A stretch of DNA of 64,000 nucleotides from Eledone cirrhosa (Eukaryota), in contig OZ024740.1 in the NCBI GenBank assembly GCA_964016885.1, positions 297,228,001 to 297,292,000 on the forward strand. Direction: 5' to 3'. A program made the position numbers and the translations under genes. The notes under the pieces are model-generated. The model saw nothing but the letters and a program-made list of their open reading frames with translations. It searched no databases and had not been told where the DNA came from. Shown here piece by piece: positions 62,661 to 64,000 of this stretch; the first letter of the stretch is position 1; each line of letters opens with the position of its first letter.

Positions 62661-64000
62661 TGTCAGTGGATTCATCCACGGTTAAAGCAAAATTAGAATT
62701 CTTAAGCGTTTTCTGAACATTGTCTTCAATACTTTTCGCTATATCTAGGATTCTTCTACGTATTGTATTATTTGAAAGCGGGATATTGTTCAATTCCTTC
62801 TCAGCCTTTTCACCAAACATGGATTTTACCATCTTTTTGCAAGCTGGGAGGATGACTGACTCAGCAAGCGTGTGGGATTTAGATTTTAATACTATTATTT
62901 CAGCCACCTGAATTGACGATAGATTGGCTCGTTCAGACACGGTGATTATTCTTTCAAAATAACTTCGCTGTTTTGATTTCTGCTCTAACAGTCTTTGAAA
63001 GTAATCAAGCTTTTTATCTTTCAGAGATGAATGTTTTGAATTAAAATGTCTTTCTAACTTACTTGGTACCATGGATTCATTTGACATTGTTTTACCACAC
63101 ACTACGCATGATGGACTTGGTTTGTCAACGTCACCAGAACAATAAACCAAATTTCAAATAATTTTCAATATTGTCGATTAATGTTTCTCATTTTGACAAT
63201 AGAGGTTGATAGTTGTTCGCCTCTGGACTTAGACTCGTCACTAATATCTTTCCTTTTCAAATATTTATCCATTGTGAAGGGTCATGAAATATCAATGTGA
63301 TAGTTTTGGGTAGGATTGTCTATATTGAGATGACAGTGTCTTTCGGTCACACAAAGCCTTCTCTTTCGTGTACAAACACAGCAAAATAATAAAAATATGT
63401 CTTCCTACCTAAAATTGATGTTTTATGAGACCATTTCTAGCTGGAAATCATCAATTTTCGATGTATTATGCACAAAAATAGTCAATGTTTGAGCACTGAC
63501 AACACATCGAAAATTCGGCATTTTTGCTATGTTCCACACACCAGCAGACAGCTACAGACCTCTACTATACCATCATTAGCATAAGATGCTGAAACACTGG
63601 AACTCTCTGTTGCAAAAAGCCAGAAACTCGACGCATATTGAACAAGCAAATGCACATCGAGCTTCCTTTTCGGCTACTCTCGGCAAATGGCGCCCGCTGA
63701 TTGGCCCAGCACATGACGTTACTCGCCTTCCCCCATCATAATGTAAACATGGCAGCTAATCTCACCCTTCCGATGGGATAGTCCACCAGAAAATTAGGAA
63801 ATTATGCCATATAGAGATGAAGCAAGATAAAATATATGTAAAGGGAAGCTAATATGGACTCATTAAGTAGCATGAACCAAATAATTCTGAGCTAAATCAT
63901 CGGAATCATCCATAGATTGTTCCGAAACAAAGGTAGAAGTTGACATTTGTGTTTCTAATTTTTACAGGCAATTTTCTCAAAATGGATACTTCTCAACATT

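Larger units (their letters stand above)
60582..63272 (-). pseudogene. Near-full-length Buster/ZBED5-like transposase interrupted by a Helitron
   Basis: MDKYLKRK start, BED-like CVVC..LERHFNSKH, DESTDI, CTDG, HCFLH, EVRWLSKG, YICELGFS, terminal QISH*. Confidence 0.88.
60326..63300 (-). mobile_element. Buster-family hAT transposon (second family; other terminus not located)
   Basis: TIR CAGTGGTTCTCAACC at 60326 preceded by CCCTAACG (nnnTAnnn); transposase inside. Confidence 0.88.

Noticed and set aside
60582-63272. Domesticated ZBED5/SCAND3-like host gene
   Set aside because: Stops, frameshifts, a Helitron insertion and a retained TIR indicate a dead transposon

Overview
Gene-free, repeat-saturated eukaryotic (metazoan) DNA. 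The tRNA-headed SINEs and the TE mix resemble octopod cephalopod genomes, but that is my inference and I have not verified it. No intact host gene was recognised, and almost all tracked ORFs are microsatellite artefacts or decayed TE frames. Contents: two Buster-type hAT transposons (one complete with TIRs and an 8-bp TSD and nested in a MITE that is nested in a SINE; one interrupted by a non-autonomous Helitron); a Chapaev3-like element; RTE, CRE and R4/Dong-like LINE remnants; a ~27-kb cluster of Tx1/L1-clade LINEs embedded in (ATT)n tracts and partly duplicated; and many Penelope-like element (PLE) insertions. Two patterns stand out. (1) About ten head-to-head inverted PLE pseudo-LTR structures, from ~3 kb down to ~60 bp, sit mostly in or beside (TA)n tracts, usually with a one-sided tail and many with hammerhead ribozyme motifs. 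(2) The Tx1 LINEs and the dominant SINE share a 3'-terminal stem-loop with loop CTTGT and compensatory stem changes, followed by (ATT)n, which suggests an ATT-microsatellite-targeting LINE/SINE pair.
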